Below, piece by piece: positions 1 to 13,300 of a DNA stretch of 64,000 nucleotides. The notes below the pieces were generated by a model. That model was given only the letters and a program-made list of their open reading frames with translations. It ran no database searches and was not told the DNA's origin. Numbering within the stretch: position 1 is the stretch's first letter; the number at the start of each line of letters is the position of its first letter. This DNA is from Piromyces finnis finn (taxonomy: Eukaryota; Fungi; Neocallimastigomycota): contig MCFH01000017.1 in assembly GCA_002104945.1 (NCBI GenBank), positions 558,001 to 622,000 on the forward strand. The letters are read 5' to 3'. The translations under genes were made by a program, and so were the position numbers.

Positions 1-27
1 ACTTATGGCCACAAATATTTCTTACAA

Positions 28-672
28 TGATGCGTTGACCGATATATTTTTGAATAATATAATGTCTTTAATAAATAATAAATTCTATATTATTATAATG
101 AAACAATAAATTTAAAATAAAATAAAATATGTTTTATAATTAACAAATAAATCACTCAAAACTCGAAAATAAACTCTTATTATGTTTTAAATTAAATCTT
201 TTATATTTTATAATTTATTGTCTTTTTTATTCTCTATTTATTGTCCTCATTTTTATGAAGAAGAATTTTATCTTCTTTTTATACATTTTTCATTTATTAC
301 ATGTATTATTTTTAACTATTAAATATTATTATTACTATTGTTATTATTTATTAAAATTAAAAGAATAAATTAAAATTATGTCTTAGTATTATAAAATATT
401 ATAGAATATTACTTATTTGATTTTCTTATTACTTCAAAATGTTTAAATTTAGAAAAATTATTATAAATTATCATTGACTATCATTAAATGTATAATACCT
501 TGAATAAAATAATTAAAATTTAAAATTAAAATAATATTAAAATAAAAATATAACAAAATTAAAATATTAAAAGTATCAATTATTATAAACACTCATTTTA
601 TACAGAAACATAAAAGAGTTCTGTATTTTATCTTTAGAATTGTTATTATTGTTTTATTTCCAGGTTTTAAGT
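28..672 (-). repeat. Partial 3' LTR (L0 family) of defective Gypsy E0
   Basis: Reverse complement of ~59732-60414. Ends ...GCATCA at 28 on the minus strand, followed by TTGT. The PPT and first part of U3 are missing; it is fused directly to the last integrase codons. Confidence 0.8.
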
Positions 673-3600
673 ATGATAATGAACTAAATTCTTTTGATGA
701 ACATTTCTTTCTGCTATTGCACCACTAATAGGATCACATAATGTAGCAGTATTAAATTCCATTTTAATAATACGGAAAGGTCCAATGAAAAATGGATCTA
801 ACTTTCTTCTTGAAAAATTTCTAACAAGTACTAAATCACCAGCTGAAAATGCAGTATTCATTGAAGCTTTTTGTTTTCTTCTATTTTCTCATAATTTATT
901 AGCATTCTGAATATTTTTGGTAACTTCTATAACCCATTCCCAATGTGTAGTAAATTTATTTATTAAATATTCTTCAGGAGTTTCATATTCATTTTTATTA
1001 TTATATTCTATCATAAGTTCAAATGGTTGAAGGTCAGTACGACCATATAATAATTCAAAGCTAGAAAATTTTGTTACTTCATTTTTACAAGTACGTAGAG
1101 CCCATAAAGCCGATGGAAGAACTTCGTCCCATTCTTTATTTGAGTCTCCTAATAGTCGAATATTTTTAACAATTTCTCTATTACGATTTTCAACTTGTCC
1201 ATTTGTTTCTGGATGATAAATGCTAGAATATTGAACATATATACCATATAAATCAAGAAAACCTTTAGTAGCATCAGAAGTAAATTGTGGACCATTATCA
1301 GTAATTAATATTTCTGGAGTACCATGTCTAGAAAATACATTTGTAAGAAATTTTATAACATCCGTAGATTCAATTGATTTTAGAGGTTCAGCTACTTTTC
1401 TGATATTGTTTCCATCTTTATAATATTTTATTCCATTTATTAAGATAATTTTCTTTTTAAGAAATTCTTTAATTTTATTACTTCCTGGATATTCATTTGA
1501 ATTATTTTCACTAGTATCAATAGATGTGTCAGTTACAAGTACCGCTTCCGAGTCAGTATAATTATCTATTAATTCAATTTTTTCATTTTCAGATGGAACT
1601 GAGGATATTTTTATTTTATCTTCTATATTAAAATAATTATTTTTATCAATATTAAAAATATTAGATGGATCATATGAATGAATATTATTATGATTATTAT
1701 GGATATTAGGATTATAATAACTAGTTGTAATATTTTCATTTAATTTAGGAAAATCATTTTTATTTATATCTATTTTATTATTTAAGTTGCGAGTATCATT
1801 TAAGTAATTGATATCACTATTCATTACTTTATTATAAACAATATCATTATCATAGTCAGATAATTTATTTATTTCATTATTTTTAAAATAATTATTATTC
1901 AGGCTTTTATCAATATCATTTTTAAAATTTATATTTATATTTTTATTTCCATGTGAATTATTATTAATAGAGATATAATTATTTAAATCAACATTATTAA
2001 GTTTAGAATATTTAATTGAATTTACACTTTTATTAACACAAGTATTTTTATTTAAGTCAATATTTTTATCAATATAAGGATTAATATTGTTATTTTTATT
2101 TATTTCATTATCATTAATACATGAGTTATTAAAACTACAAGAATAAACTATATTTTCATTATTTTTAGAGTAAAAATCTTTATTTGAATTTAAAATATTA
2201 TTTTTAGTAGTTTCATCATCATTATTATTAAAAATAGCTAGTGAAATTTTTATATCATTTTTATCGTCTGGTATTAGTCTAGATAATGCATCAGCGACTA
2301 CATTTTTCTTTCCTTGTTCATATTTGACTTTTACCTTGAGCATACTAAGTGTAGTAACCCAGCGTGTTTGACGAGCATTATTTGGTTCTTTATTATTAAA
2401 TAAGCCAACTAAAGGTTTATGGTCAGTATATAATATCGTTTCTTCTTTATTCCCACTTATAAAATTTAAATTTCTTACAACAATAAAAAGCTGCTGTTCC
2501 TTCTAAGTCAGTTATACTATAATTAATTTCACTATCATTTAAAGACCTACTAACATAATGAATTGGATGTTCAACATTATTTTCATCTTTTTGAAGTAAT
2601 ACACCACCAATATCATTAAGTGATGCATCAGTTCTTATAATAAAATTTTTATCATAGTCAGGATATTTTAAAATAGGAGACTTAATCAGTCTTTCTTTTA
2701 GTATTTGGAAACTTTCTTCAGTTTCAGATGTCCATTCAAATTTCATACCCTTTTTTAATAATTTAAATAATGGATGAGCAATTTGGACAAAATCTTTTAT
2801 AAACTTCCTGTAATATCCTATAGCTCCTAAAAATGATCTTAGCTGTGTAAGGTTTGTTGGTGACTTCCAATTTTTAATAGTTTCAATTTTCTTTTCAACT
2901 GGTTTGACACCTTCTACTGATAGAATATGACCAAGGACCTCTACTTCTTGTTTTAAGAAATGACATTTAGAAAGATTTGCTTTTATACCATTTTCTTTTA
3001 TTATATTAAAAACCTTTTGAAGATCTAATATATGTTGTTCAAGACTTGGAGAAAATACTAAAAGGTCATCCATATAAACAAATAAACATTTTCCAATAAG
3101 TGGTAGAAATATACGGTTCATTTCTCTTTGAAAGGTTGCTGGAGCATTACATAAACCAAAAGGCATTACTTTGTAATTATAATTTCCAAATATTGTTGTA
3201 AAACATGTTTTATCAATATCTTCTTTTTTCATTGGTATTTGATGAAAACTAGAGAATAAATCCAATATAGATAAATATTTTACATTATTATCAATAGAAA
3301 ATAATATTTCTTCAATATATGGAAGTGGATATGAATCTTTTATTGTTATAGAATTTAATTTTCTATAATCTACACACATTCTCCATTTTCCATTCTTTTT
3401 TGGTACTAATAAAACTGGAGAAGACCAAGATGATTGTGATGGTTCTATTAAATCATTCTTTAAAAGCTTTCCTATTTCTTCTTTTAGAATTTCCATATGT
3501 TCTTTATTAGAAATACGATACATTTTCTGTTTAATAGGATCATCTTGATTTAATTTAATTTCATGAGCTAATAATTTTGATTTACCCAAATCGACAGTAT

Positions 3601-4444
3601 CATTAGCTAAAACATCTATATTAGTTATTAAAAGATTCTTCAGTTGGTCTTTTGCTTCTTTTTGTGTTTTAATTTTATTAATAAGTTGTAATCTAGAATC
3701 ACTAGTAGTTTTAATTTCTAAATCTTGATATTTATCATTCTGACTAGTTAAGTAATATATTAATGCATTTTGATTAATTTCTTCATCAAATTCTTCTATT
3801 AAATTAGTTTGATTCATTTCACTAATACTTTCAAAAGATCCAATTTTGTGGATATCATCAGTTTTCTTATATAAAGTATGATAAGAAAAATCCATAATTA
3901 ATTTCATATTAGCTAAAGTTTCTACACCAATTAAGACATGGAATATATCTTCTTTTTCAATAAGTCTAAATATTTCTTTAGATGTTATATTACCAATAGT
4001 AATTTCAATTTCATATAGATGCGACTCAATAGTAGTATTGGAATAAGCTTGATATAAAGTTTCTCTAATTTTTGAAACTAGTTTTAATGGAATATTATTT
4101 TCTAATAAGAATCTTCTAGTAATCATATTTATAGATAAACAAGAGTCCAAATATACAGTAGTTTCTATTCCTTCTATTTTACATTTTGATTTCACACCTT
4201 TATTTTTTCTTATGGTAGAAAGAATTGTAGATTCGTCTTCAATAATTTTAGTAAATTTTAGTGCTTTTGAAAGTTCTGTTTTTAATTTAGGACTAATTTC
4301 AAGTAGTTGGCCTATTGTTATGTTTGCAAAATTTTCACCTATATCTTTAGTTATATTATATTTTTCTTGATCTGCTGAAATAATTAATCTTTTTGTACCT
4401 TTTTCATTTGATACATTATTTTTCCTTTTGACTCGGAAGTTCAA
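667..4444 (-). pseudogene. Ty3/Gypsy pol of element E0 (protease, RT, RNase H, integrase), disrupted
   Basis: ORFs 2447-4444, 889-2343 and 667-861: VYLDSC protease motif, FVYMDD RT motif, RTDAS RNase H, ITDNGPQF integrase, GPF motif. Several stops and frameshifts; the integrase HHCC and first catalytic Asp are deleted at ~1392. Confidence 0.93.
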
Positions 4445-4664
4445 TTTCCTTTGCCAGTTCTATTATTTCCTTTTCTCGTTCTTTTTTATTATTTCGTTTA
4501 GCTTTATCTATAGTGGGTTGATTAATGAATGAAGGATCTAATCGTTTTAATGCTTCTGTTGAATTAGTGTTATTATTAATATTATTATATATCTTATTAC
4601 TTTCATTATTATTTATATTAGTGTCATTATTCATATTCATATTATTATTAATATTATTATTATA

Positions 4665-4697
<33 letters not shown>

Positions 4698-4953
4698 TTC
4701 ATTTTCAATTACAGTCTCCATTTCTACTTCATTATTTGGAACTTCAATTATATCTTCATAAGTATTATTTAATGGTTCTCTAGTCTCATTACTTGGAACT
4801 CTAATTGGTTGTGGATTATCACTTAGTTTTTCTTTGGTAGTTCTTTTATATAGTTTAATATCAGTATTCTTTTAAGCTTTTCTTATTACTGGAATAGTAA
4901 TTTCTTCATTTACTGGTACTGATATTGTAGCAAAAGTAGTATTGGTTTGATTT

Positions 4954-4988
4954 ATGGGAGTATTCCTTCTCCCACTCATAAGTTTAAA
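4954..4988 (-). promoter_or_regulatory. -1 ribosomal frameshift signal of E0 (U UUA AAC plus GGGAG/CUCCC stem)
   Basis: Minus strand reads CAT TTA AAC TTA TGA in the gag frame, followed by GT-GGGAG-AAGGAATA-CTCCC. Same layout as in E2. Confidence 0.7.
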
Positions 4989-6178
4989 TGATTTTGATTA
5001 GAGTTTATAAGGCCTTGTTTTTCCATTTCTGCAAGTTCTTGGAATGTATATTTGCAATCTTGCATTTTGTGGCCTACTTGTTGGCATCTGAAGCATTTAT
5101 TTCTTTGAGACTGGTTAAACATATTCACTTAACTTTGAGGTGTGGTTTGATTAACTTTGTTAGTATTATTTTCATTTTATTAACATTATTAGAATAATTA
5201 TTAGAATTTTGATATGATTTATTTTCTTCCATATTAGAATAATTATTGTTACTAAATGTATTAGAATTATTAGGGTATTTATTATAACCATTATTATATG
5301 CATTTTGATCACCTTGATAGTTATTATAATTATTGTTATAATTATTATTATAATTATTATTATTAGTATTGAAATTATTAGGGTAATTATTTCTGTAATT
5401 ATTTCTTTTGTTAAAACGTTGATTTCTCATATTATAGTTTCCATTGAATCGCATATTATAATTATTATAATTATTATTATTATCATAATTATTATTATAG
5501 TTATTATTATAATATCCATTATAAGTATATGGACTATCATTATTATTAAAATAATTATAGTTAGTTCCACCACTATGTTGAGTAAATAAATTATAATTTT
5601 GGTTTTGATATGGATCAAAGTAAGGTTGGCTATCAGTAAACATATTAACATTATGATACTGAGGAACTTCAGTTGCTGATTCAGCTAATTCGGCAACCTT
5701 AAAAGCAGCTTCTATATCTTTAGGTTGGGCAGTGATTACTTGAGTTCTAATGAAAGGACGAGAAATGATGGAATTAGTGTAATCTTTAACAGTAATGAAT
5801 AGTTGGGATCCAACATTAAGATTTTTATAAGTTTCCGTATCTCCAGTTGAAATCCTTAATACTTTCTCCTCTTCTAATTTTTAAAGATTTAACATTGAAG
5901 CATTTTTCTTGAGGCGTGATTTCTAAGTATTCTTCAATAGCCTCTTTAATATCTTCGATACTAGGATAATTTGTTCCAGTATCACTTTCTGTTTTTAAGT
6001 CATCAATGATTCCTTTTAATCTACCTTGGACACATTCCTTTGCCCAAACGAATATCTTTTTGGGATCATTGATGTCAGATAGGTCCATAACTCTGCTGAA
6101 TTCTTCAGCCCAGCTTTCGATATCCCTATCTTGACTACCAATTCTAGGTAGTATTTTAGTGATTTCACTGATCTTCAT
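4976..6178 (-). pseudogene. Ty3/Gypsy gag of E0 (Asn-rich, C-terminal CCHC knuckle), disrupted
   Basis: ORFs 5825-6178 and 5125-5643 plus manually translated CFRCQQVGHKMQDC at ~5050-5095. Same organisation as E2 gag. Confidence 0.85.
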
Positions 6179-7253
6179 TTTTGTATATATAAATTTCTTA
6201 TAAGGTAAAATAATTAAAATAAAAGAATAATTTAATTTGAAATAAATGGTAATAAAGAAGATAATTGGAATTTGTATATTATATATATGTGTTTTGAACT
6301 TTAATAGTAATATAATAATATTAATAATATTTATAAAATTACAAATGAAAGGAATTGATTATATAAATAATTGATAAATTGATAAAGTATAAAATAATAT
6401 AAAATTTATAAATTTTTTTTTTTTTTTTTTTCAAAAAGTTAAAGAAAATTATTTAGAAATTGAAAAGTATATTAAAGAAAAATAAAAGAATAAAAGATAA
6501 GTAATACAACAGAAATTTATATATATATATAAATTATATATATTATATGAATTATATAAATAAATGAAATTTAATATTGAATGAGATCAGATCAGAGAAA
6601 TATTTTATAGAAAGTATATTATATTATTATTATTAGTCAGGAATAATAGAAGCTTTACGGAATAATATCTAATTATAAATTTAAATGCAATTTATTAGCT
6701 CTCAATTTTAAATGATCAAGGAAGAATGAAAGAATAATTTTTTTTTTTTTTGCAATTAGGAATTTATAAGAATATGTATATTTTTTTTATTTAATTTAAT
6801 TATAATAGTTTATATATATTGTTACAATTATTTATTTATTTTTAGGCACCCGAGGCACAGTGACTATAAAGACTTTCGGATCCCTACTAAACCCCCACCT
6901 TTAAATGATAAATTTTCACTTCCAAAGTTCTGCTCCTTACTCAGGATTTTCAGCCGAACTTGCTACTCTCTTACTTGGGAATCAAATAAAGGCTGTCTAG
7001 TATACCTACTCCCTCTTGCTGAGTGTGTACCCGCCTTACTCTCTAAATAATAATTGTTTTAATTATTGCTATACTTCGAACTCAGTATATTATATAACAA
7101 CAACCAATATATACTTACTATTTTTTTTTTTGTTATAATTTAAATTAAAAATTTTTAGTCAATAATTAAGAATATTGAAATAAATTATTCGCTTAATATG
7201 TAGGTAGCCTTAAGCTAAGAAGTTTTTCATTCAACAGCCGCCTCTACAAATAA

Positions 7254-7556
7254 GCACTTTTCACTTCTTTCCATTACACAAGAAATCCCATCATTAACTC
7301 CTGAAACTCAGAAGGGTTCAACAGTTTCAAAATTAATTCCAATTTCTTTAGCAAATTCAGGATTAATAAAACTTAATTCAGAGCCCGAATCAACTAAAAC
7401 TCTAACTTTAACTTCCGGAATATCATTTGTACTTAAATAAAAATCAATAATATTTAAAAATATCGGTGGAGCATTAATAATGTTCCCCGAGTTCCCGTAA
7501 ACACCCACATTCCTGTCACCCATTTCCAAATTCAAATTTTCAAACTCACTAATCAA
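7254..7556 (-). pseudogene. N-terminal half of a Gypsy aspartic protease (R-family element)
   Basis: VLVDSGSELSFI motif; in-frame stop at 7308, then VSGVNDGISCVMERSEKC. Confidence 0.8.
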
Positions 7557-7874
7557 GCCCTCTAACTTACTAATATAAATAAATATAAAATGGTTTCTTA
7601 CTACTGTTTCAAGTAAGTAATTTTCTTTTACAATAAGTGATGTTAAGATATTAAGCGATACAAAAGTTATTCAGACGCGGTTTGTTGCACAGTGTCGAAC
7701 AAGTTTTGTATATCTATTTAATATATATACTTTCTTTCTCTTTGGTAGCAACCAAGTTCTTCTTTAGTAACAAAGTTCTTCAATAAATTCTTCTTTTATA
7801 GTAGCAATTCAGTTCTTGGATAAATTTTTCTTCTAGCAGTGGTAGATATCCTAACGTACTCTTGAGGTAGTTAG

Positions 7875-7885
7875 GTAATTGTTAT
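7875..7885 (-). promoter_or_regulatory. Self-priming PBS of the R family (ATAACAATTAC)
   Basis: Lies immediately 3' of LTR R0 and is the perfect 11-nt complement of GTAATTGTTAT inside the LTR (8004-8014), ~35 nt downstream of a TATAAATA. Confidence 0.75.
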
Positions 7886-8497
7886 TGTAAAATCGACACT
7901 GAAAGAATAGATTAGGATATCTATTCTATTACAATAACACTAAAATTTTAAAATGAAATAAAATTGTTTTTTAAAAATATCTTTTATAATAGAATTTTTA
8001 ATAATAACAATTACATCGATAAAATGATGAAAAATATCTTCTATTTATATTTTTCCTAAATACATTTATATTATATTATATTATAACTATTTATTTCTTA
8101 TATTTTATTATTTAAAATCTACACTAAAATTTTAATTATTAATAAATATTTAAACTATAACTATTTTTAGTAAAATACAATTGGTAATTCAAATCAAGTA
8201 CTATTCAATTTGAATATGTGCCCATGTATTATTGATATATTAATTATTTAATAATTATATACTATATATCTATTTATATTACAAAACAATACTATAACTA
8301 GGGGTTTGAATTGAGAATTTTAATTTATTTATTAAACATTAAAAATAAATTAATAATTTATTTTAAGATTTAATTATTAATAAATAAATTATGTCCCATT
8401 TTCTTTTTCTGTAATATAATTCGTGTAACTTAAACAATAATATTTATGGCTTAAGTTACATTAAAGATATCAATTCGTGGCGTTTGATATCTTTACA
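7886..8497 (-). repeat. R-family LTR R0, probably a 5' LTR
   Basis: TG...CA ends; homologous to the other R copies; followed by a self-priming PBS. No matching TSD found. Confidence 0.85.
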
Positions 8498-8509
8498 CTT
8501 GAATATTTT

Positions 8510-8760
8510 AAGAAGTTAGTCACGTGTATTCATAAATGTGATGCCTACTCCAAGGGTCTTCTATTTAAATAAGAAATCATTAAGCGTTTTTTTGCTTCAT
8601 CATTCTCGAACCTATCTGGATTAGCTTCAATTGCTAACTCAACCCTTAACCTGCTTAATTCTTGTCTACGTCCCGAAAATAGTGGGGGTCATATATTATT
8701 CGTAATGGAGGGTTTTGACATTCCATTATCTCTCCTAAATGTAAATTGTTTAATAATAAT
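8510..8760 (-). pseudogene. Degenerate Gypsy gag N-terminal fragment
   Basis: Manual translation PPLFSGRRQELSRLRVELAIEANPDRFENDEAKKRLMISYL resembles the gag N-termini at 36570 and 63437. Confidence 0.6.
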
Positions 8761-9106
8761 TCTTCCAATTTAATTATTTCTATTTGCTACTCTTTTAATT
8801 GTTTATAATATTATATTGTTGATGTCGTCGTAACTCTCCTATTAAACGGTGTTAGACGAGATCAAACTGATATTATAAATAATTAAATAACTTTAAGTAT
8901 TTTAACAAAAGAAAAAAGAAAAAGAAAAAAAATGATTCCAATCTAATAATATTAATTGTAGTTCTCAAGAGATACACGGTAGTTTTCTAAAAATACACAG
9001 TAGTTTTCCAATAATACGTGGTAGTTTCCAAAAGATATGTAGAAATTTAATAATAATATGTTTTATTAAAAATTTATAACGTTTTTATTAATGAGGTAAT
9101 TGTTAT

Positions 9107-10396
9107 TTAAAAGTTTTATATTCAAAAACAGATTATAAAATTTTATAATAAAACAATACAATAAAAAAACAAAAACAAAAACAAAATAAATTTAAAATTC
9201 TCTTTTATTAATTTTATTTAATTATTAACTAAATTATAGTCAATAACAATTATCGTTTTAATTACGAAATTTTACATGTATTTATATTTTTTGTAAATTA
9301 CATTTTAATATACTATCCTATTTAATTATACATATATTTAATATAAAATAAATAAAACTAATTTAATACTAATTTAAATAAATAATAAAATAATGAAGCT
9401 ATACTAAAACTAATTAATTACACTTTTGATTCAATTTGAGTAAACTGCAAATTGAATACAGTTCATGTATTACTTATATTAATTAAATATTAATAATACT
9501 ATTGTAAAGATATCAAACGCCTCTGTTTGATATCTTTAATGTAACTTAAGCCACAAGTATTATTGTTTAAGTTACACAAATTATATTCAGAAAAAGAAAA
9601 TGAGACATAATTTATTTATTAATAATTAAAGTTTAAAACAAAATAAATTATTAGTTTATTTTTAATGTTTAACAAGTAAATTAATATTCTCAATTTAAAT
9701 CCCTAGTTTTAGTATTGTTTTTTCATAGAAATAAATAAATAATAAATGATTAATATATCAATAATACATGGGCACATATTCAAATTGAATAGTACTTAAT
9801 TTGAATTGCCAATTGTATTTTACTAAAAATAGTTATAGTTTAAATATTTATTAATAATTAAGATTTTAGTGTAGATTTTAAATAATAATATATAAGAAAT
9901 AAATAGTTATAATATAATATAAATGTATTTAGGAAAAATATAAATAGAAGATATTTTTCATCATTTTATCGATGTAATTGTTATTATTAAAATTCTATTA
10001 TAATAAAAGATATTTTTAATAAAACAATTTTTTATTTTTATTTTAAATTTAGTGTTATTGTAACAGAATAGATATCCTAATCTATTCTTTCTGTGTCGCC
10101 ATTACAACTATTTATTATATATTTACTATTAAAAATGCTAAATTAAACTAATTTTAATTAAATAAAAAAAACTTTCTAAGATTTAATTTGAATATTTAAA
10201 ATATTTAAATTTAATTATCCATTAATTTAAATATTTATCCAAAATTTATTTTAACTTTGATATTTTAAAATTAATTATTATTTAATTATTCCATAAAATT
10301 TATAAAATTTTACAAATAATTTTTTCATTAAAATATCAAAATTATTATAATTATTAGTTAATTAAATAATTTATAGATATATTTTATATCTTTACA
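9107..10396 (-). repeat. N-family solo LTR, interrupted by R1
   Basis: Homologous to 25834-26585, 26645-27070 and 28039-28819; minus-strand start TGTAAAGATATA at 10396. Left end approximate. Confidence 0.7.
9503..10106 (+). repeat. R-family solo LTR R1 (604 bp)
   Basis: TGTAAAG...ATTACA; 5-bp TSD ACTAT on both sides. Confidence 0.92.
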
Positions 10397-13300
10397 TTTA
10401 TGAAGTAGTCAAAGACTCTTATATAATCCCTAATCGTATTAGTAGAAGCAACACTAAAATTTTAGAGCTAGACAATAGAAATATCAATGAAGCTTCTGAC
10501 AAAATTACCCACTTCAATTAAAATGAAATATTAAACGAAACTAATTGGAGTAATGTAAAATTCCAAATAAATGCTCATCATCTTTTTTTTTTATAATATA
10601 ATTAATAAAAAAATTAAATTAAAGAAATGAAATTATTAGAAGAGTTAATTATAATAAAAAATATTTTCACCTAATAATAAATTAAATAAATTAATATTAA
10701 ATTACTACAACATAAAAGAAATATTTATCAAATAGTTAGTAGTATGACTTTTAGTTGAGTTGTTATTATATGATGGAAATAAAGGTTAGTAGTGATATAG
10801 AAGTATTTATTTCTATACTATTAGTTGACAATAGTGAATTTTTTGTTTTTCAATTTTAGATTACATTCATGTCACGTGTCAAATAAATTTATGTATTATG
10901 GAAAAAGTGATTATTGAAAATTTTTGTTGTAGTATTAGAACAGTACTCATAGTAAATAGTAAAGTATTATGCATACTTATTCCTATGCAATTATATTTCT
11001 GATTTTATTAATACTTTGTTATTGAAGTTTGAGTCACGTGTGTATAACATAGTTTATTAGTTATAGCTTTATGTTATATTAGTGATGTGAATATGAAAGA
11101 CTTTTTATAAGGTTGGACAAAAAAGTGGTTGTATACTTGTAGATAATCCAAGGAGTACTTATATACTATCTATAGTAAACTATCTATAGAAACCAGTTTT
11201 TGATAAGGTCACGTGGTTGTTAGTGTTATCGGAAAGTAATAAAATTAGAGTTTATCTATGTTGTTCATGAGTCTGTTAATGAATATATTTTATTAAATAA
11301 AAAGAAAATCTATTATTATATATTCTCTATCGATGCTGGAGTTTTCTAACTTTTGCTGGTTTATTGCTTATGTAATAAAATATCATTGTTTTATTATTTA
11401 ATAAACTCGTGATTGGAAAGAGACAAAATTTTTTTAATTTTTAAATAGGATTGAGTCTACTCATAATATATTGATAATATATGGTGACTCCCAAGTAGAC
11501 TTAAGGGTGTTGGAAAAATCGTAGTTTTTACTTAAATAATAAATATAAAATAGTAGAAAAAGTACATAAAAATTGTCTATCGAACTATCTTTTTATATTT
11601 ATTATTTTAAAAGTTGCATTTATCCTATATTGTACAACTTAAAATTTAATTTTAAGTCGTACAAAGATGGTGTAAAGGTGCAAAGACGTCAGAATGTATA
11701 AATTTAAAAATATTTATTCTAAAAGAGTTCAAAGTGTCCTGCGGTCAGCCATTACAGCTTTGAAAAAAATTATTCCAAAGATGTCTGTGTCAAACAACCA
11801 TAGCATTGGAATTATATTCTCTTTCTTCCTTTCTTTTAATTAATAAATATTGTTTTAATTTATTAGCTTGGACTTTTCTTTCCCTTAATCATATGTTCTG
11901 GCTTGGCTTGAGATAAGATACATTGGTCATGATTAACTTTTGAAAGTTCCAACAAAACATATCAAATTCTTCCAATTCATCAAGAAGATTCTCGGTCATA
12001 TTTAATTTCTTTTGTTTTTCTTCCGGAGCATTGTACTTCTTGACTTTTAGAAAGTTGAAGACCAAAGTAATCATTCATTAAAAAATCCATTCCATTGACT
12101 ACTTTCTGAAGAAATGAAAAAGCTGACACTGTTGGCGTTTCTCTTGACGGTGGATGGAATGCTACATTAACTGGATTATCCTTATCCGTCTTTTGTAAAG
12201 ATATCAAACGCCTCAGCTTGATATCTTTAATGTAACTTAAGCCACAAGTATTATTGTTTAAGTTACACAAATTATATTCAGAAAAAGAAAATGAGACATA
12301 ATTTATTTATTAATAATTAAAGTTTAAAACAAAATAAATTATTAATTTATTTTTAATGTTTAACAAGTAAATTAATATTCTCAATTTAAATCCCTAGTTT
12401 TAGTATTGTTTTTTCATAGAAATAAATAAATAATAAATGATTAATATATCAATAATACATGGGCACATATTCAAATTGAATAGTACTTAATTTGAATTGC
12501 CAATTGTATTTTACTAAAAATAGTTATAGTTTAAATATTTATTAATAATTAAGATTTTAGTGTAGATTTTAAATAATAATATATAAGAAATAAATAGTTA
12601 TAATATAATATAAATGTATTTAGGAAAAATATAAATAGAAGATATTTTTCATCATTTTATCGATGTAATTGTTATTATTAAAATTCTATTATAATAAAAG
12701 ATATTTTTAATAAAACAATTTTTTATTTTTATTTTAAATTTAGTGTTATTGTAACAGAATAGATATCCTAATCTATTCTTTCTGTGTCGCCATTACAACT
12801 ATTTATTATATATTTACTATTAAAAATGCTAAATTAAACTAATTTTAATTAAATAAAAAAAACTTTCTAAGATTTAATTTGAATATTTAAAATATTTAAA
12901 TTTAATTATCCATTAATTTAAATATTTATCCAAAATTTATTTTAACTTTGATATTTTAAAATTAATTATTATTTAATTATTCCATAAAATTTATAAAATT
13001 TTACAAATAATTTTTTCATTAAAATATCAAAATTATTATAATTATTAGTTAATTAAATAATTTATAGATATATTTTATATCTTTACATTTATGAAGTAGT
13101 CAAAGACTCTTATATAATCCCTAATCGTATTAGTAGAAGCAACACTAAAATTTTAGAGCTAGACAATAGAAATATCAATGAAGCTTCTGACAAAATTACC
13201 CACTTCAATTAAAATGAAATATTAAACGAAACTAATTGGAGTAATGTAAAATTCCAAATAAATGCTCATCATCTTTTTTTTTATAATATAATTAATAAAA

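Noticed and set aside
5305-5651. Ile-rich ORFs and the many short ORFs antisense to gag/pol (e.g. 32998, 35924, 46613, 57027, 58155)
   Set aside because: Shadow frames of AAT repeats and long TE ORFs.
6847-6861. CTGTGCCTCGGGTG (minus) as a degenerate tRNA PBS for E0, with 6861-7253 as its LTR
   Set aside because: It lacks TGG, there is no second copy of the putative LTR and no TSD; left unassigned.
8945-9040. Three ~21-bp repeats (ATACACGGTAGTTTTC-like); also 14-bp repeats at 30350-30450
   Set aside because: Degenerate direct tandem repeats without unique spacers; not CRISPR, and the context is eukaryotic.
11482-11492. TGGTGACTCCC as a possible tRNA-Trp-like PBS
   Set aside because: It is not preceded by a CA-ending LTR and the match is short.
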